Assembly: GCA_977017645.1 (NCBI GenBank)
Contig: OZ360230.1
Location: 61,194,001 to 61,258,000 of the forward strand
DNA length: 64,000 nucleotides
Source: Torpedo marmorata
Lineage: Eukaryota
Direction: 5' to 3'
Shown here: positions 27,201 to 42,200 of the stretch, piece by piece
How positions within the stretch are numbered: position 1 is the stretch's first letter
Layout: the number at the start of each line of letters is the position of its first letter
Notes under the pieces: generated by a model
Database searches by the model: none
The model's input: only the letters and a program-made list of their open reading frames with translations
Told to the model about the DNA's origin: nothing
Translations under genes and position numbers: made by a program

Positions 27201-30200
27201 AAGGCCTCCACCATTTCTTCTCCAAGATTTCTATAAAAGGGATCTCTTGAATATTATTCATGAAGTTTACCTGAGAATGTCCAGAGAGGTAAAGGTCTAC
27301 TTCTCCTGCAATCCATCTGTTTCCCTGATTTCCTGACTCAGACCACTTTAGGACTGCTGCCCCTTGATCAACCTGGTAAACGTTCAGCGCCATGTTTTGA
27401 GCTACTCCATACATGTGGTACCAGAATCGCATGCACTGAGCTCCTCTCTTTACACATGGAGCGCTGACCAACTGAGCTCGATCTCCTGGTTTGCCATCAT
27501 TGCCTTCAAGGTAAATGTAGTAGCCACCTGCGCACACAAGAAGCTTTATTGCTTACAAAGAAATCAGCTGCACAGTGGCGAGATACAAATCTCACATCAC
27601 CTACCCGCAGTGGTGTGGTCAAACGCTGGTCCTGTATTAAACGATGGCGTCGACCCACTGATGCGTTTCCAGTCCAAAGTATCGGTCTTGGATTGGTTCC
27701 AACGGCACAGGTCACTATCAAAGTTACAATCCAATGCACAACCTGTGGGTTTCGTCAAGACAGGTCAGTTGTGTGAATACACCCAGCCACAGGTAGAAAT
27801 AACTCCAACATGTCACTTGCACTCTTCAAACAAACTCACATGCAACTCAGGGATACCTACAGGCTTGCGATTTGAAGGGAAACCCTGCTTTACTGATTTC
27901 CCGCATTTCAACATTGATGACATGCAGAAATAAAACAGAGGAAAGGAGTAAGATATCAAACTTACTTTTCTCAAAACAGCCACTCTGCTGCCTCCAGTCT
28001 CCGAGCACAACACCAGCTGCTTCACAGGCTGAAGCATAAGACTCCAGAGTGTTGCACAACTGCACGGAATCTCCGCCGGTGACACAATGATCGTAGACAC
28101 AGCTTGCAAAGTATAGCTGAGGTGGGATATGCCAGTGACAATCTTTAAATGGACCAGGGTTCGCCAAAACAATTTTGCAGTACCTCTCAGCCTCTTCTTG
28201 TGATGGAGAATCGCATGTCGGTGGATCAGGAGCAGTTTGATTACACCTGTGCAACAGAAACAATCTCTCACTTTTTTCAAATGGGAATGGTCTCTCATTC
28301 TACTTTATCCTCTGCAGAGCAGAATGAAGGTTGCAGGAGGGGTAGGGGTCTGGGCGGATAGAAAACACAGGGGCGTCAAATATTAAAGGAGGCACATGCT
28401 TCCTGCACGCAACTGAAAAGACTGAAATACATCCTGAAAGCAACGCTGGAAACAGTTCTTCAGTTCTTCGCCGTGTGCTGATGTCGTTCATGAGAACAAT
28501 ACACAGGAGTTGATTTGGAAACCTTCTTGAAATCTCTGCATTGTCCCTACATACCCTCACATCACCCAACCTTACCACTTGCTTTAATTATTGCAACAAC
28601 TATTCTCTCACTCGATGCAAGAAATCTTAGCATTTACATTAACAGAAATACACGACAGAAAAACTCACAGCCAATCATCATCAGCAACCGCCCAACTGTT
28701 TCCAAACTGATTGGAATCCAAGGCTAGAATTCCGTCAGGTTTCAAGAAGTCATCCAGCTGGTCATTGGTGTAGGTCCCGCACAAGCCACACAGCTGTCCT
28801 TTGTATCTCTCATCCACAACGACAACAAGTTGATGATCTCCGTCAAACTTCACCTGAAGACCAAAGTCCGTCTCCAACAGAACAAAGGATCCTTCCAACG
28901 TCACTTTCACTGAAGAAATGGGTCTCACAGGGAGCTCAACCCTCACTCCATCAACCTAAGCAAACACATTACCAAGTGAACAAACACAGAATCACAAACA
29001 TCCCAGCTATCGCACATTAAAACATCAAATCAATGCAGAAACATTTGCTCTTCGCTATATAATACTTACATAAACCTTCTTATATTTCCGCAGTGCAATA
29101 TGAAGGTTGTCAAGATGCAAGCCAACTGAATTAATGGCAGACCATGTTGGACTACCTCTGTGTTCATTTCTACTTGTCAAAGAAAATCGAACAGATGTAT
29201 TTCCGCAAGTCTCGGTCACCGTATAATTGCAGGCACCCTGGAAGTGGTACAGCTTCCCATCAAATGTTGTATAGTGCGGGTCACCATAGATGTGGCAAAT
29301 TGCTGTGTCTGCGCTGTAACATCCCCAATTGCCGCCCTGCACTTTGCAAATTTCCCCCGCTCCACAAGATCCTGGCTCGCATTCCACTCGGTTATTCCCA
29401 GTGCAGCGGCACCTTTCTACACATCCGTCTTCCCAGAACATTGCACCTTTCTGACACACAAACAGCAAACATTATTTTCACAATGGCCACATGGTGAAAA
29501 GGAAGCAGAACCTTGTTTTCCGAGAAACCAGAGCGCTCCGCAAACCCTTGTCACTCACCTCGTAGTATTTGTTGTTGTGCGTGCAGCCACAGTTCTCAAC
29601 AGGCACACATGAGCTTCCACTCAGGACAAAGCCAGCGTTACACTCACAGTCCTCCACACAAGGTTCACTGCAGTTAGCTGAAGCAGAACGGTCAGTGCAA
29701 GTGGTTGGACAAGCACTGGCACAGGCATTGTAATGACTATTGGCTGGGCACCTGACAGCTGAAAGCAGACAAGGAACAAGATATTTTACACTCGAGTTAA
29801 AAGTATTCTCTGACACAATCTTGGACAAATCCTCAGACAGGCCAATGTGGCACCAACCACATTTGGAGCTGGCTAACACCTACCACAGAAAGTGGAGTTC
29901 CTCCACGGCAGATTGGTCACTCCTGCGCTTTGGCAGGCATCTGCATAGATTTGCAGGCTATTACACAAAGCCTCTTGGTCTCCATCCAACAAGCACAGTT
30001 CAACAACGCAACTTTCAAAGATGCCATGGGCGTTGATTACCGAGTGGCAATTTACAAATGGCCCCTGTTGACTGGTGATCAGGCCACAGAACTCATCACT
30101 TCGGTAGCGGGCCTCGTCAGCGGGCTGACACTCTTCTGCCTCGTCTGGGTCACAACCTGGCTCGTCAGGTGGCACCTTCCAGCTATTTCCCAGTTCGTTG

Positions 30201-33200
30201 GAATCTTTCGCTTGCTCTCCATCAGGTTTCATGTAATCATCCTCTCTCATTCCATTGTAGTTACCGCACATACCACAAGTCCGATTAAAGTACGTGCTCG
30301 GCACCTTCACTTCCACTGAGTGATCCGTGTCGTAAGAAACATGCAGGCCAAAGTCAGTGGACAGCACCACGTACCTTCCGCTCCTCCTCACACTCACGGC
30401 ACCTTCAGCAAGCCGAACAGGTAAGGTCGTCCACACTTCATCAACCTGAGCACAAGAGCAAATCCTGCTTTATCCAACATTCTTCCTATCACAGCACTGC
30501 AACCACGCACTCCGTGCACCAAGCAAACTCCAGCAACAATGCAAACAATCACTGCAATTGACCCATCATTACATTAGGCATCACTTTTCTGCACCTTCAG
30601 ATACATTCAGAACATTTTCTTCTCATTAGGAAACAAACTGGAAATGCTATGAGAATTCAACTCTCTTATTTACAAATTGTAGGAATAAACTTATAGGTTT
30701 TTTTTCCCCACACCAAGTGCCTCATTAATTTCTCCCTGAGAATATATGAGAAGAAAAAAAGTAACTACTGGTAATTAAAAACCGTGATGAAGGTGGCGAC
30801 TTTTTACCATCCAGGTTACTTTATCTTTCTTCATACTTTTCTTTTATTTCTTTTCCTTTCTTTTCTTTCTTTTTTTCTGGGGTTTTGGTTTGGGGGGAGG
30901 GAGGGCCGGGACTTACCCATCGTGTATAAGCAATGTAATAATAATGAATTGATTTCTTGTTATGTATTATACAATTATGCATGTTTGGATAAAAAAATTT
31001 AAATAAAATATTCATTAAAAAATCAACTCTCTTCCGTTACACTGCACTGTACCTTCTTACTCACTCATATTTTCAATTACAAAGAAAACACTTCACACAG
31101 CTCACGATTCCAAATTCAGGATTGGTAGAAAGTGCAGGTCTCAGCCTGACAGTCACAAGCTTACCAATACACGGTGAGGTTCCATCTTGACAATCCAAAC
31201 CTTGTGGTCACGAACAGCGACCTGAACTTTCTGAACATAAGATACTTTAGGGTTGCCACGGTTTTCATTTTTTGCTTCAATGTTGAAGTGTGGAAGAGAG
31301 GAGGAATTTCCGCACAGCTTGGCTATCGTATAGGTACAGCTACCCATAAAATGGAGCGTCGCTTTGTCAAAAGTGTTGTAATGCGGATCATTGTGGATTC
31401 TGCAGATTCCGTACGTGTATGGGTAGCAACCAGGGACTCCGTTCACAACTCCACAGTATGAATCTCGGGAACACGTTGAATTCGAGCACACCATTTGACT
31501 GCCTGCTGAAGGACATCGACACTGAGTTGAACAGGTATCATCGGTCCAGAATTCAGAGCCCACTGGGTAGTGCTTTCCTTCAGACCAGCAGCCACACTGT
31601 TGTTTTGGCACACATCTGTCATTGTAGAAAAGGTAACCATTGTCACATACACAGCCTTCCACGCATGGTTGCAAGCAGCTGGATGGAGCACTTGGACTGA
31701 CACAAGTAGCTGGGCAAGCTGAGCCACACTGCTCATAATGACTATTCGCTCCACATTTTAGGGCTGTGAAGAGAACCCATAAAGTGACATGTTAATTTCC
31801 TATGAAATTCCTTCCATCAACACTCAGCTCAAATCAGATTGATCAATAATTTCTGATGGCTTCCACTCGCCACAAAGTGGCATTGAAGCATCTGGCAGAT
31901 CATTCTCAAGCACTTACGGCAAAAGGTCTCATTCCTCCAGCCTTCCACTTTGGCCCCCTCTGACTGGCACGCATCTCCATACGACTCCAAACTACTGCAC
32001 AGAGACTCTGTCTCCGTGCCTAATGCGCAAAGGTCGTACACACAATCATCAAAATAAACCTCCGGGTCTATTTTGGAGTGGCACCCTTTGAAAGGACCAT
32101 GCAAATCCATGATTATCCCACAGTACTGGTTACTTTCGATGATTCGCTTTTCCTCGCTCGTGCAATTTGGCCTGATGCCATCGTCAGGAGTACACCTGGA
32201 AAAACAGCAGCATCCCAAATGAGAAATAGGTTAACGCAACAGCAAAACTCTGCAAGCAAGTAGCACAGTGATGAACGTTAGAGATATGACAGCTTTCAAA
32301 GGAAGGGGAAATTCCCCACAGCTTGGTTACAATGTACCTTGTGTCATTTTGAGTCTGCCAGCTGTTGCCCAAGCTGACGGAATCAGGCTCCATTATTCCA
32401 TCCGGATTCAGAAAATCATCTCTTCTGTCGTCATTATAGTTTCCGCAGAGTCCACACACCTTGCCCTTGAAAGGACTGGGGAGAGTTACCTCAGCTCGGT
32501 GCCTGCCATTAAACTTCACTCGCAATCCAAAACTGGTGGTAATGACTACATACTGTCCAGACAGAGCAACGAGAACTTCTGAGGTGACTGACACGGGTAG
32601 AACTGCCACTTCCCCATCAACCTGCAAACAGACAAATCACTCATCAATTGATTCTCCTGCCAACACACATTTCAATGCACCCGATGAAGACGCTTAGCAT
32701 ATCCAACCCTTACCTTTACAACACGCCCTTTTCCGAGCATGATTCTGTGATTGAAAACCTCAACCGTGACATGTCTGACGTATGACACGTGGGCATTTCC
32801 TGATCTGTGCTCATTTTCAGCTTCAACGTTGAAATAGGGCAGTCTGTCGTTCGTACTGCACAGTTTTGATAAGGTATACGTGCATGTTCCCATAAAGTCG
32901 TGAGCTTGCTTATCAAAGCTCATGTAATGAGGATCTCCTTGCACTATGCAGGATGATTCTGAAAGTGGAGAAATAAAAAATAATATGTGGAATGTCAGTT
33001 AGTAATATACAACCCATTGACAAGGATGTTGACAAGCTATAATTAAGAGGAAAGTTAGTTTATTTCACAGGTGAAGGTCAGGGAAGAATAAACTTGTGTA
33101 TCAAATAATTTTTGCACTAACACCTCCCTCAGCAACTGCCATGTGCTCTATGAGATAGAGATTTTAAGAAACTGGTAGAAAGCAGAGAGGTCTAATACAA

Positions 33201-36200
33201 TGAATATCTTTCACCCAGAGGGTGGAATTTGGGGATCTGGAACGTAATACCTTCCAAAAGTAGTTGGTGCAGGCACAAACCCTCACCAACTTAGAAGGGG
33301 ATAGAATATGCAGGCAAATTGCTTTGACCTAGAAACCTACAGTCTTGTAACTGGAACCAGCAATAGGATATGAAGTTGCTTCATTGTCGAGCCCACGAGG
33401 GACCGAATGAAGCTTTCTATGCCATGAATTTCTGCCATTCTTAAGACTCCAATGTAAAAGAGCAACATGAAGGCCCCACATCACCTTCACATTGCATTCC
33501 TTTACCTGTATGCACAGGCATCGTGGTACTGGCTGTCGTTGAGATGCTCGTGGTGGTTGTTATACCACACCCCTCTGCAAGAAAAAGAAGGAACAGGATC
33601 AGAAGATCTTACCTTTCAATATGTGGTCACGCTTCCAGCCTTTCGAAGCATGGAAAAACAAGAGAACCGCGGTATTATGGGAGAAATGCCGATCTTAGGC
33701 ACTAAATACAATAATGGCGTCAGTATTGATTACATTTAAAAAATACTGCCAAAGGAGATACCATACATGTCAGACCAACCTTCACAACATCCTACGTGGA
33801 AGGAAATGTCATCCACAGCTACATCACTCCGGTAGTCATTTCCCCGGACTGCTTCAAGAAGGATCTGTCAGAGAAAGTAACACAATATCAGAAGGAAATA
33901 ATGTCAATTGCATCATTCGAGCACCCTGCTGGCATTAGATAATAGAAAAAAAAGGCACACAACCAGTCACAGATCTTAACAAAACATGTTCAGGGAAAAC
34001 AAATCTTAATACTGTTCAAAATTATAACTGCTAATTGCTCATGATCTTCTGGCACAAAGACAAGGGAAAGCATGACACTGCATTTTGGGCAACAGAAAAG
34101 AAAATGGAATTTCTACCAAAGAAGTGTGTTGATACATTTAGCCAGCGAGTACAAGGCAATTCAATGTATTAAAGAATGCAGCGGAGTGACTGGAGAGAGG
34201 AACAAAAAGGCCTTGGAGTGTTACATCAAAGATTTTGAAAGTTTTAAACACAGATCAAAAAGGCATGCAGCATTCTGTCCGTTATTGGCTGCCAGTTATA
34301 TGAGCAGCAAGGTGATGCGTAAACTGTCAGCAACACCAGTAAAAACACTGCTCGTATACTCGTATACTCTGCACAGTTCTCATCACATCACACCAAAGAT
34401 ATGATTGCACTGGAGAATGTGTAAGGAACATTGAGAAAGGCATTGCCAGGACGGGAAAGTTGTGGTTATGAGGAAAACATAAATAAACTAGGGCTGTTTG
34501 CAGCGGAGGAGGGTGAAGGTAGCTAATTGAGATCTATCAATATGTTAAGACAATGGACAGGACAAAGAAAAGGACCTCCTCAGTGCAAGAGTCATAAGTT
34601 TAATGTAACTGGCTAAAAGATGAGAGGCGATATGAAAAAAACATTTCTCCCAGAGGATGGCACAAAACGGAAACTCGCCTACTGCAAGGAGAATAGATAT
34701 TGCTGCAAATACACTCTGCCACAAATAAAAATAACTCCACGTCTTCGGTCCCATAAAGGCATTGAAAGGAGGAGATCCAGTGTGTACTTTACGTGATTAA
34801 GTTGATATACCTAATCGAATCGCCAAGACAAAGACTCCAAATGAGGATATACGATTAATCAACAGGAGCAGGGAGAGGAAGAACAGAAAACATTCCCTGT
34901 CAATGGAATGCTGGTGCTGCAATGAAGCCTTGAAAAGGCGTGATTGGATGTCAGTGCCAGTCAGCGTGGACATTCATTCAGCTCCAAGGAGAATAGCAGA
35001 AGAAACCTTCAGCACATTGAAACAGTACTAACAGAGTTGTGACTTTCAGGAACTTCCAGAGTTTGGTTGGTCATTTCCAATCACCAGAAGACACAATGTG
35101 CCTAAAGGCCTCCACCATTTCTTCTCCAAGATTTCTATAAAAGGGATCTCTTGAATATTATTCATGAAGTTTACCTGAGAATGTCCAGAGAGGTAAAGGT
35201 CTACTTCTCCTGCAATCCATCTGTTTCCCTGATTTCCTGACTCAGACCACTTTAGGACTGCTGCCCCTTGATCAACCTGGTAAACGTTCAGCGCCATGTT
35301 TTGAGCTACTCCATACATGTGGTACCAGAATCGCATGCACTGAGCTCCTCTCTTTACACACGGAGCGCTGACCAACTGAGCTCGATCTCCTGGTTTGCCA
35401 TCATTGCCTTCAAGGTAAATGTAGTAGCCACCTGCGCACACAAGAAGCTTTATTGCTTACAAAGAAATCAGCTGCACAGTGGCGAGATACAAATCTCACA
35501 TCACCTACCCGCAGTGGTGTGGTCAAACGCTGGTCCTGTATTAAACGATGGCGTCGACCCACTGATGCGTTTCCAGTCCAAAGTATCGGTCTTGGATTGG
35601 TTCCAACGGCACAGGTCACTATCAAAGTTACAATCCAATGCACAACCTGTGGGTTTCGTCAAGACAGGTCAGTTGTGTGAATACACCCAGCCACAGGTAG
35701 AAATAACTCCAACATGTCACTTGCACTCTTCAAACAAACTCACATGCAACTCAGGGATACCTACAGGCTTGCGATTTGAAGGGAAACCCTGCTTTACTGA
35801 TTTCCCGCATTTCAACATTGATGACATGCAGAAATAAAACAGAGGAAAGGAGTAAGATATCAAACTTACTTTTCTCAAAACAGCCACTCTGCTGCCTCCA
35901 GTCTCCGAGCACAACACCAGCTGCTTCACAGGCTGAAGCATAAGACTCCAGAGTGTTGCACAACTGCACGGAATCTCCGCCGGTGACACAATGATCGTAG
36001 ACACAGCTTGCAAAGTATAGCTGAGGTGGGATATGCCAGTGACAATCTTTAAATGGACCAGGGTTCGCCAAAACAATTTTGCAGTACCTCTCAGCCTCTT
36101 CTTGTGATGGAGAATCGCATGTCGGTGGATCAGGAGCAGTTTGATTACACCTGTGCAACAGAAACAATCTCTCACTTTTTTCAAATGGGAATGGTCTCTC

Positions 36201-39200
36201 ATTCTACTTTATCCTCTGCAGAGCAGAATGAAGGTTGCAGGAGGGGTAGGGGTCTGGGCGGATAGAAAACACAGGGGCGTCAAATATTAAAGGAGGCACA
36301 TGCTTCCTGCACGCAACTGAAAAGACTGAAATACATCCTGAAAGCAACGCTGGAAACAGTTCTTCAGTTCTTCGCCGTGTGCTGATGTCGTTCATGAGAA
36401 CAATACACAGGAGTTGATTTGGAAACCTTCTTGAAATCTCTGCATTGTCCCTACATACCCTCACATCACCCAACCTTACCACTTGCTTTAATTATTGCAA
36501 CAACTATTCTCTCACTCGATGCAAGAAATCTTAGCATTTACATTAACAGAAATACACGACAGAAAAACTCACAGCCAATCATCATCAGCAACCGCCCAAC
36601 TGTTTCCAAACTGATTGGAATCCAAGGCTAGAATTCCGTCAGGTTTCAAGAAGTCATCCAGCTGGTCATTGGTGTAGGTCCCGCACAAGCCACACAGCTG
36701 TCCTTTGTATCTCTCATCCACAACGACAACAAGTTGATGATCTCCGTCAAACTTCACCTGAAGACCAAAGTCCGTCTCCAACAGAACAAAGGATCCTTCC
36801 AACGTCACTTTCACTGAAGAAATGGGTCTCACAGGGAGCTCAACCCTCACTCCATCAACCTAAGCAAACACATTACCAAGTGAACAAACACAGAATCACA
36901 AACATCCCAGCTATCGCACATTAAAACATCAAATCAATGCAGAAACATTTGCTCTTCGCTATATAATACTTACATAAACCTTCTTATATTTCCGCAGTGC
37001 AATATGAAGGTTGTCAAGATGCAAGCCAACTGAATTAATGGCAGACCATGTTGGACTACCTCTGTGTTCATTTCTACTTGTCAAAGAAAATCGAACAGAT
37101 GTATTTCCGCAAGTCTCGGTCACCGTATAATTGCAGGCACCCTGGAAGTGGTACAGCTTCCCATCAAATGTTGTATAGTGCGGGTCACCATAGATGTGGC
37201 AAATTGCTGTGTCTGCGCTGTAACATCCCCAATTGCCGCCCTGCACTTTGCAAATTTCCCCCGCTCCACAAGATCCTGGCTCGCATTCCACTCGGTTATT
37301 CCCAGTGCAGCGGCACCTTTCTACACATCCGTCTTCCCAGAACATTGCACCTTTCTGACACACAAACAGCAAACATTATTTTCACAATGGCCACATGGTG
37401 AAAAGGAAGCAGAACCTTGTTTTCCGAGAAACCAGAGCGCTCCGCAAACCCTTGTCACTCACCTCGTAGTATTTGTTGTTGTGCGTGCAGCCACAGTTCT
37501 CAACAGGCACACATGAGCTTCCACTCAGGACAAAGCCAGCGTTACACTCACAGTCCTCCACACAAGGTTCACTGCAGTTAGCTGAAGCAGAACGGTCAGT
37601 GCAAGTGGTTGGACAAGCACTGGCACAGGCATTGTAATGACTATTGGCTGGGCACCTGACAGCTGAAAGCAGACAAGGAACAAGATATTTTACACTCGAG
37701 TTAAAAGTATTCTCTGACACAATCTTGGACAAATCCTCAGACAGGCCAATGTGGCACCAACCACATTTGGAGCTGGCTAACACCTACCACAGAAAGTGGA
37801 GTTCCTCCACGGCAGATTGGTCACTCCTGCGCTTTGGCAGGCATCTGCATAGATTTGCAGGCTATTACACAAAGCCTCTTGATCTCCATCCAACAAGCAC
37901 AGTTCAACAACGCAACTTTCAAAGATGCCATGGGCGTTGATTACCGAGTGGCAATTTACAAATGGCCCCTGTTTACTGGTGATCAGGCCACAGAACTCAT
38001 CACTTCGGTAGCGGGCCTCGTCAGCGGGCTGACACTCTTCTGCCTCGTCTGGGTCACAACCTGGCTCGTCAGGTGGCACCTTCCAGCTATTTCCCAGTTC
38101 GTTGGAATCTTTCGCTTGCTCTCCATCAGGTTTCATGTAATCATCCTCTCTCATTCCATTGTAGTTACCGCACATACCACAAGTCCGATTAAAGTACGTG
38201 CTCGGCACCTTCACTTCCACTGAGTGATCCGTGTCGTAAGAAACATGCAGGCCAAAGTCAGTGGACAGCACCACGTACCTTCCGCTCCTCCTCACACTCA
38301 CGGCACCTTCAGCAAGCCGAACAGGTAAGGTCGTCCACACTTCATCAACCTGAGCACAAGAGCAAATCCTGCTTTATCCAACATTCTTCCTATCACAGCA
38401 CTGCAACCACGCACTCCGTGCACCAAGCAAACTCCAGCAACAATGCAAACAATCACTGCAATTGACCCATCATTACATTAGGCATCACTTTTCTGCACCT
38501 TCAGATACATTCAGAACATTTTCTTCTCATTAGGAAACAAACTGGAAATGCTATGAGAATTCAACTCTCTTATTTACAAATTGTAGGAATAAACTTATAG
38601 GTTTTTTTTCCCCACACCAAGTGCCTCATTAATTTCTCCCTGAGAATATATGAGAAGAAAAAAAGTAACTACTGGTAATTAAAAACCGTGATGAAGGTGG
38701 CGACTTTTTACCATCCAGGTTACTTTATCTTTCTTCATACTTTTCTTTTATTTCTTTTCCTTTCTTTTCTTTCTTTTTTTCTGGGGTTTTGGTTTGGGGG
38801 GAGGGAGGGCCGGGACTTACCCATCGTGTATAAGCAATGTAATAATAATGAATTGATTTCTTGTTATGTATTATACAATTATGCATGTTTGGATAAAAAA
38901 ATTTAAATAAAATATTCATAAAAAAATCAACTCTCTTCCGTTACACTGCACTGTACCTTCTTACTCACTCATATTTTCAATTACAAAGAAAACACTTCAC
39001 ACAGCTCACGATTCCAAATTCAGGATTGGTAGAAAGTGCAGGTCTCAGCCTGACAGTCACAAGCTTACCAATACACGGTGAGGTTCCATCTTGACAATCC
39101 AAACCTTGTGGTCACGAACAGCGACCTGAACTTTCTGAACATAAGATACTTTAGGGTTGCCACGGTTTTCATTTTTTGCTTCAATGTTGAAGTGTGGAAG

Positions 39201-42200
39201 AGAGGAGGAATTTCCGCACAGCTTGGCTATCGTATAGGTACAGCTACCCATAAAATGGAGCGTCGCTTTGTCAAAAGTGTTGTAATGCGGATCATTGTGG
39301 ATTCTGCAGATTCCGTACGTGTATGGGTAGCAACCAGGGACTCCGTTCACAACTCCACAGTATGAATCTCGGGAACACGTTGAATTCGAGCACACCATTT
39401 GACTGCCTGCTGAAGGACATCGACACTGAGTTGAACAGGTATCATCGGTCCAGAATTCAGAGCCCACTGGGTAGTGCTTTCCTTCAGACCAGCAGCCACA
39501 CTGTTGTTTTGGCACACATCTGTCATTGTAGAAAAGGTAACCATTGTCACATACACAGCCTTCCACGCATGGTTGCAAGCAGCTGGATGGAGCACTTGGA
39601 CTGACACAAGTAGCTGGGCAAGCTGAGCCACACTGCTCATAATGACTATTCGCTCCACATTTTAGGGCTGTGAAGAGAACCCATAAAGTGACATGTTAAT
39701 TTCCTATGAAATTCCTTCCATCAACACTCAGCTCAAATCAGATTGATCAATAATTTCTGATGGCTTCCACTCGCCACAAAGTGGCATTGAAGCATCTGGC
39801 AGATCATTCTCAAGCACTTACGGCAAAAGGTCTCATTCCTCCAGCCTTCCACTTTGGCCCCCTCTGACTGGCACGCATCTCCATACGACTCCAAACTACT
39901 GCACAGAGACTCTGTCTCCGTGCCTAATGCGCAAAGGTCGTACACACAATCATCAAAATAAACCTCCGGGTCTATTTTGGAGTGGCACCCTTTGAAAGGA
40001 CCATGCAAATCCATGATTATCCCACAGTACTGGTTACTTTCGATGATTCGCTTTTCCTCGCTCGTGCAATTTGGCCTGATGCCATCGTCAGGAGTACACC
40101 TGGAAAAACAGCAGCATCCCAAATGAGAAATAGGTTAACGCAACAGCAAAACTCTGCAAGCAAGTAGCACAGTGATGAACGTTAGAGATATGACAGCTTT
40201 CAAAGGAAGGGGAAATTCCCCACAGCTTGGTTACAATGTACCTTGTGTCATTTTGAGTCTGCCAGCTGTTGCCCAAGCTGACGGAATCAGGCTCCATTAT
40301 TCCATCCGGATTCAGAAAATCATCTCTTCTGTCGTCATTATAGTTTCCGCAGAGTCCACACACCTTGCCCTTGAAAGGACTGGGGAGAGTTACCTCAGCT
40401 CGGTGCCTGCCATTAAACTTCACTCGCAATCCAAAACTGGTGGTAATGACTACATACTGTCCAGACAGAGCAACGAGAACTTCTGAGGTGACTGACACGG
40501 GTAGAACTGCCACTTCCCCATCAACCTGCAAACAGACAAATCACTCATCAATTGATTCTCCTGCCAACACACATTTCAATGCACCCGATGAAGACGCTTA
40601 GCATATCCAACCCTTACCTTTACAACACGCCCTTTTCCGAGCATGATTCTGTGATTGAAAACCTCAACCGTGACATGTCTGACGTATGACACGTGGGCAT
40701 TTCCTGATCTGTGCTCATTTTCAGCTTCAACGTTGAAATAGGGCAGTCTGTCGTTTGTACTGCACAGTTTTGATAAGGTATACGTGCATGTTCCCATAAA
40801 GTCGTGAGCTTGCTTATCAAAGCTCATGTAATGAGGATCTCCTTGCACTATGCAGGATGATTCTGAAAGTGGAGAAATAAAAAATAATATGTGGAATGTC
40901 AGTTAGTAATATACAACCCATTGACAAGGATGTTGACAAGCTATGATTAAGAGGAAAGTTACAGTTTATTTCACAGGTGAAGGTCAGGGAAGAATAAACT
41001 TGTGTATCAAATAATTTTTGCACTAACACCTCCCTCAGCAACTGCCATGTGCTCTATGAGATAGAGATTTTAAGAAACTGGTAGAAAGCAGAGAGGTCTA
41101 ATACAATGAATATCTTTCACCCAGAGGGTGGAATTTGGGGATCTGGAACGTAATACCTTCCAAAAGTAGTTGGTGCAGGCACAGACCCTCACCAACTTAG
41201 AAGGGGATAGAATATGCAGGCAAATTGCTTTGACCTAGAAACCTACAGTCTTGTAACTGGAACCAGCAATAGGATATGAAGTTGCTTCATTGTCGAGCCC
41301 ACGAGGGACCGAATGAAGCTTTCTATGCCATGAATTTCTGCCATTCTTAAGACTCCAATGTAAAAGAGCAACATGAAGGCCCCACATCACCTTCACATTG
41401 CATTCCTTTACCTGTATGCACAGGCATCGTGGTACTGGCTGTCGTTGAGATGCTCGTGGTGGTTGTTATACCACACCCCTCTGCAAGAAAAAGAAGGAAC
41501 AGGATCAGAAGATCTTACCTTTCAATATGTGGTCACGCTTCCAGCCTTTCGAAGCATGGAAAAACAAGAGAACCGCGGTATTATGGGAGAAATGCCGATC
41601 TTAGGCACTAAATACAATAATGGCGTCAGTATTGATTACATTTAAAAAATACTGCCAAAGGAGATACCATACATGTCAGACCAACCTTCACAACATCCTA
41701 CGTGGAAGGAAATGTCATCCACAGCTACATCACTCCGGTAGTCATTTCCCCGGACTGCTTCAAGAAGGATCTGTCAGAGAAAGTAACACAATATCAGAAG
41801 GAAATAATGTCAATTGCATCATTCGAGCACCCTGCTGGCATTAGATAATAGAAAAAAAAGGCACACAACCAGTCACAGATCTTAACAAAACATGTTCAGG
41901 GAAAACAAATCTTAATACTGTTCAAAATTATAACTGCTAATTGCTCATGATCTTCTGGCACAAAGACAAGGGAAAGCATGACACTGCATTTTGGGCAACA
42001 GAAAAGAAAATGGAATTTCTACCAAAGAAGTGTGTTGATACATTTAGCCAGCGAGTACAAGGCAATTCAATGTATTAAAGAATGCAGCGGAGTGACTGGA
42101 GAGAGGAACAAAAAGGCCTTGGAGTGTTACATCAAAGATTTTGAAAGTTTTAAACACAGATCAAAAAGGCATGCAGCATTCTGTCCGTTATTGGCTGCCA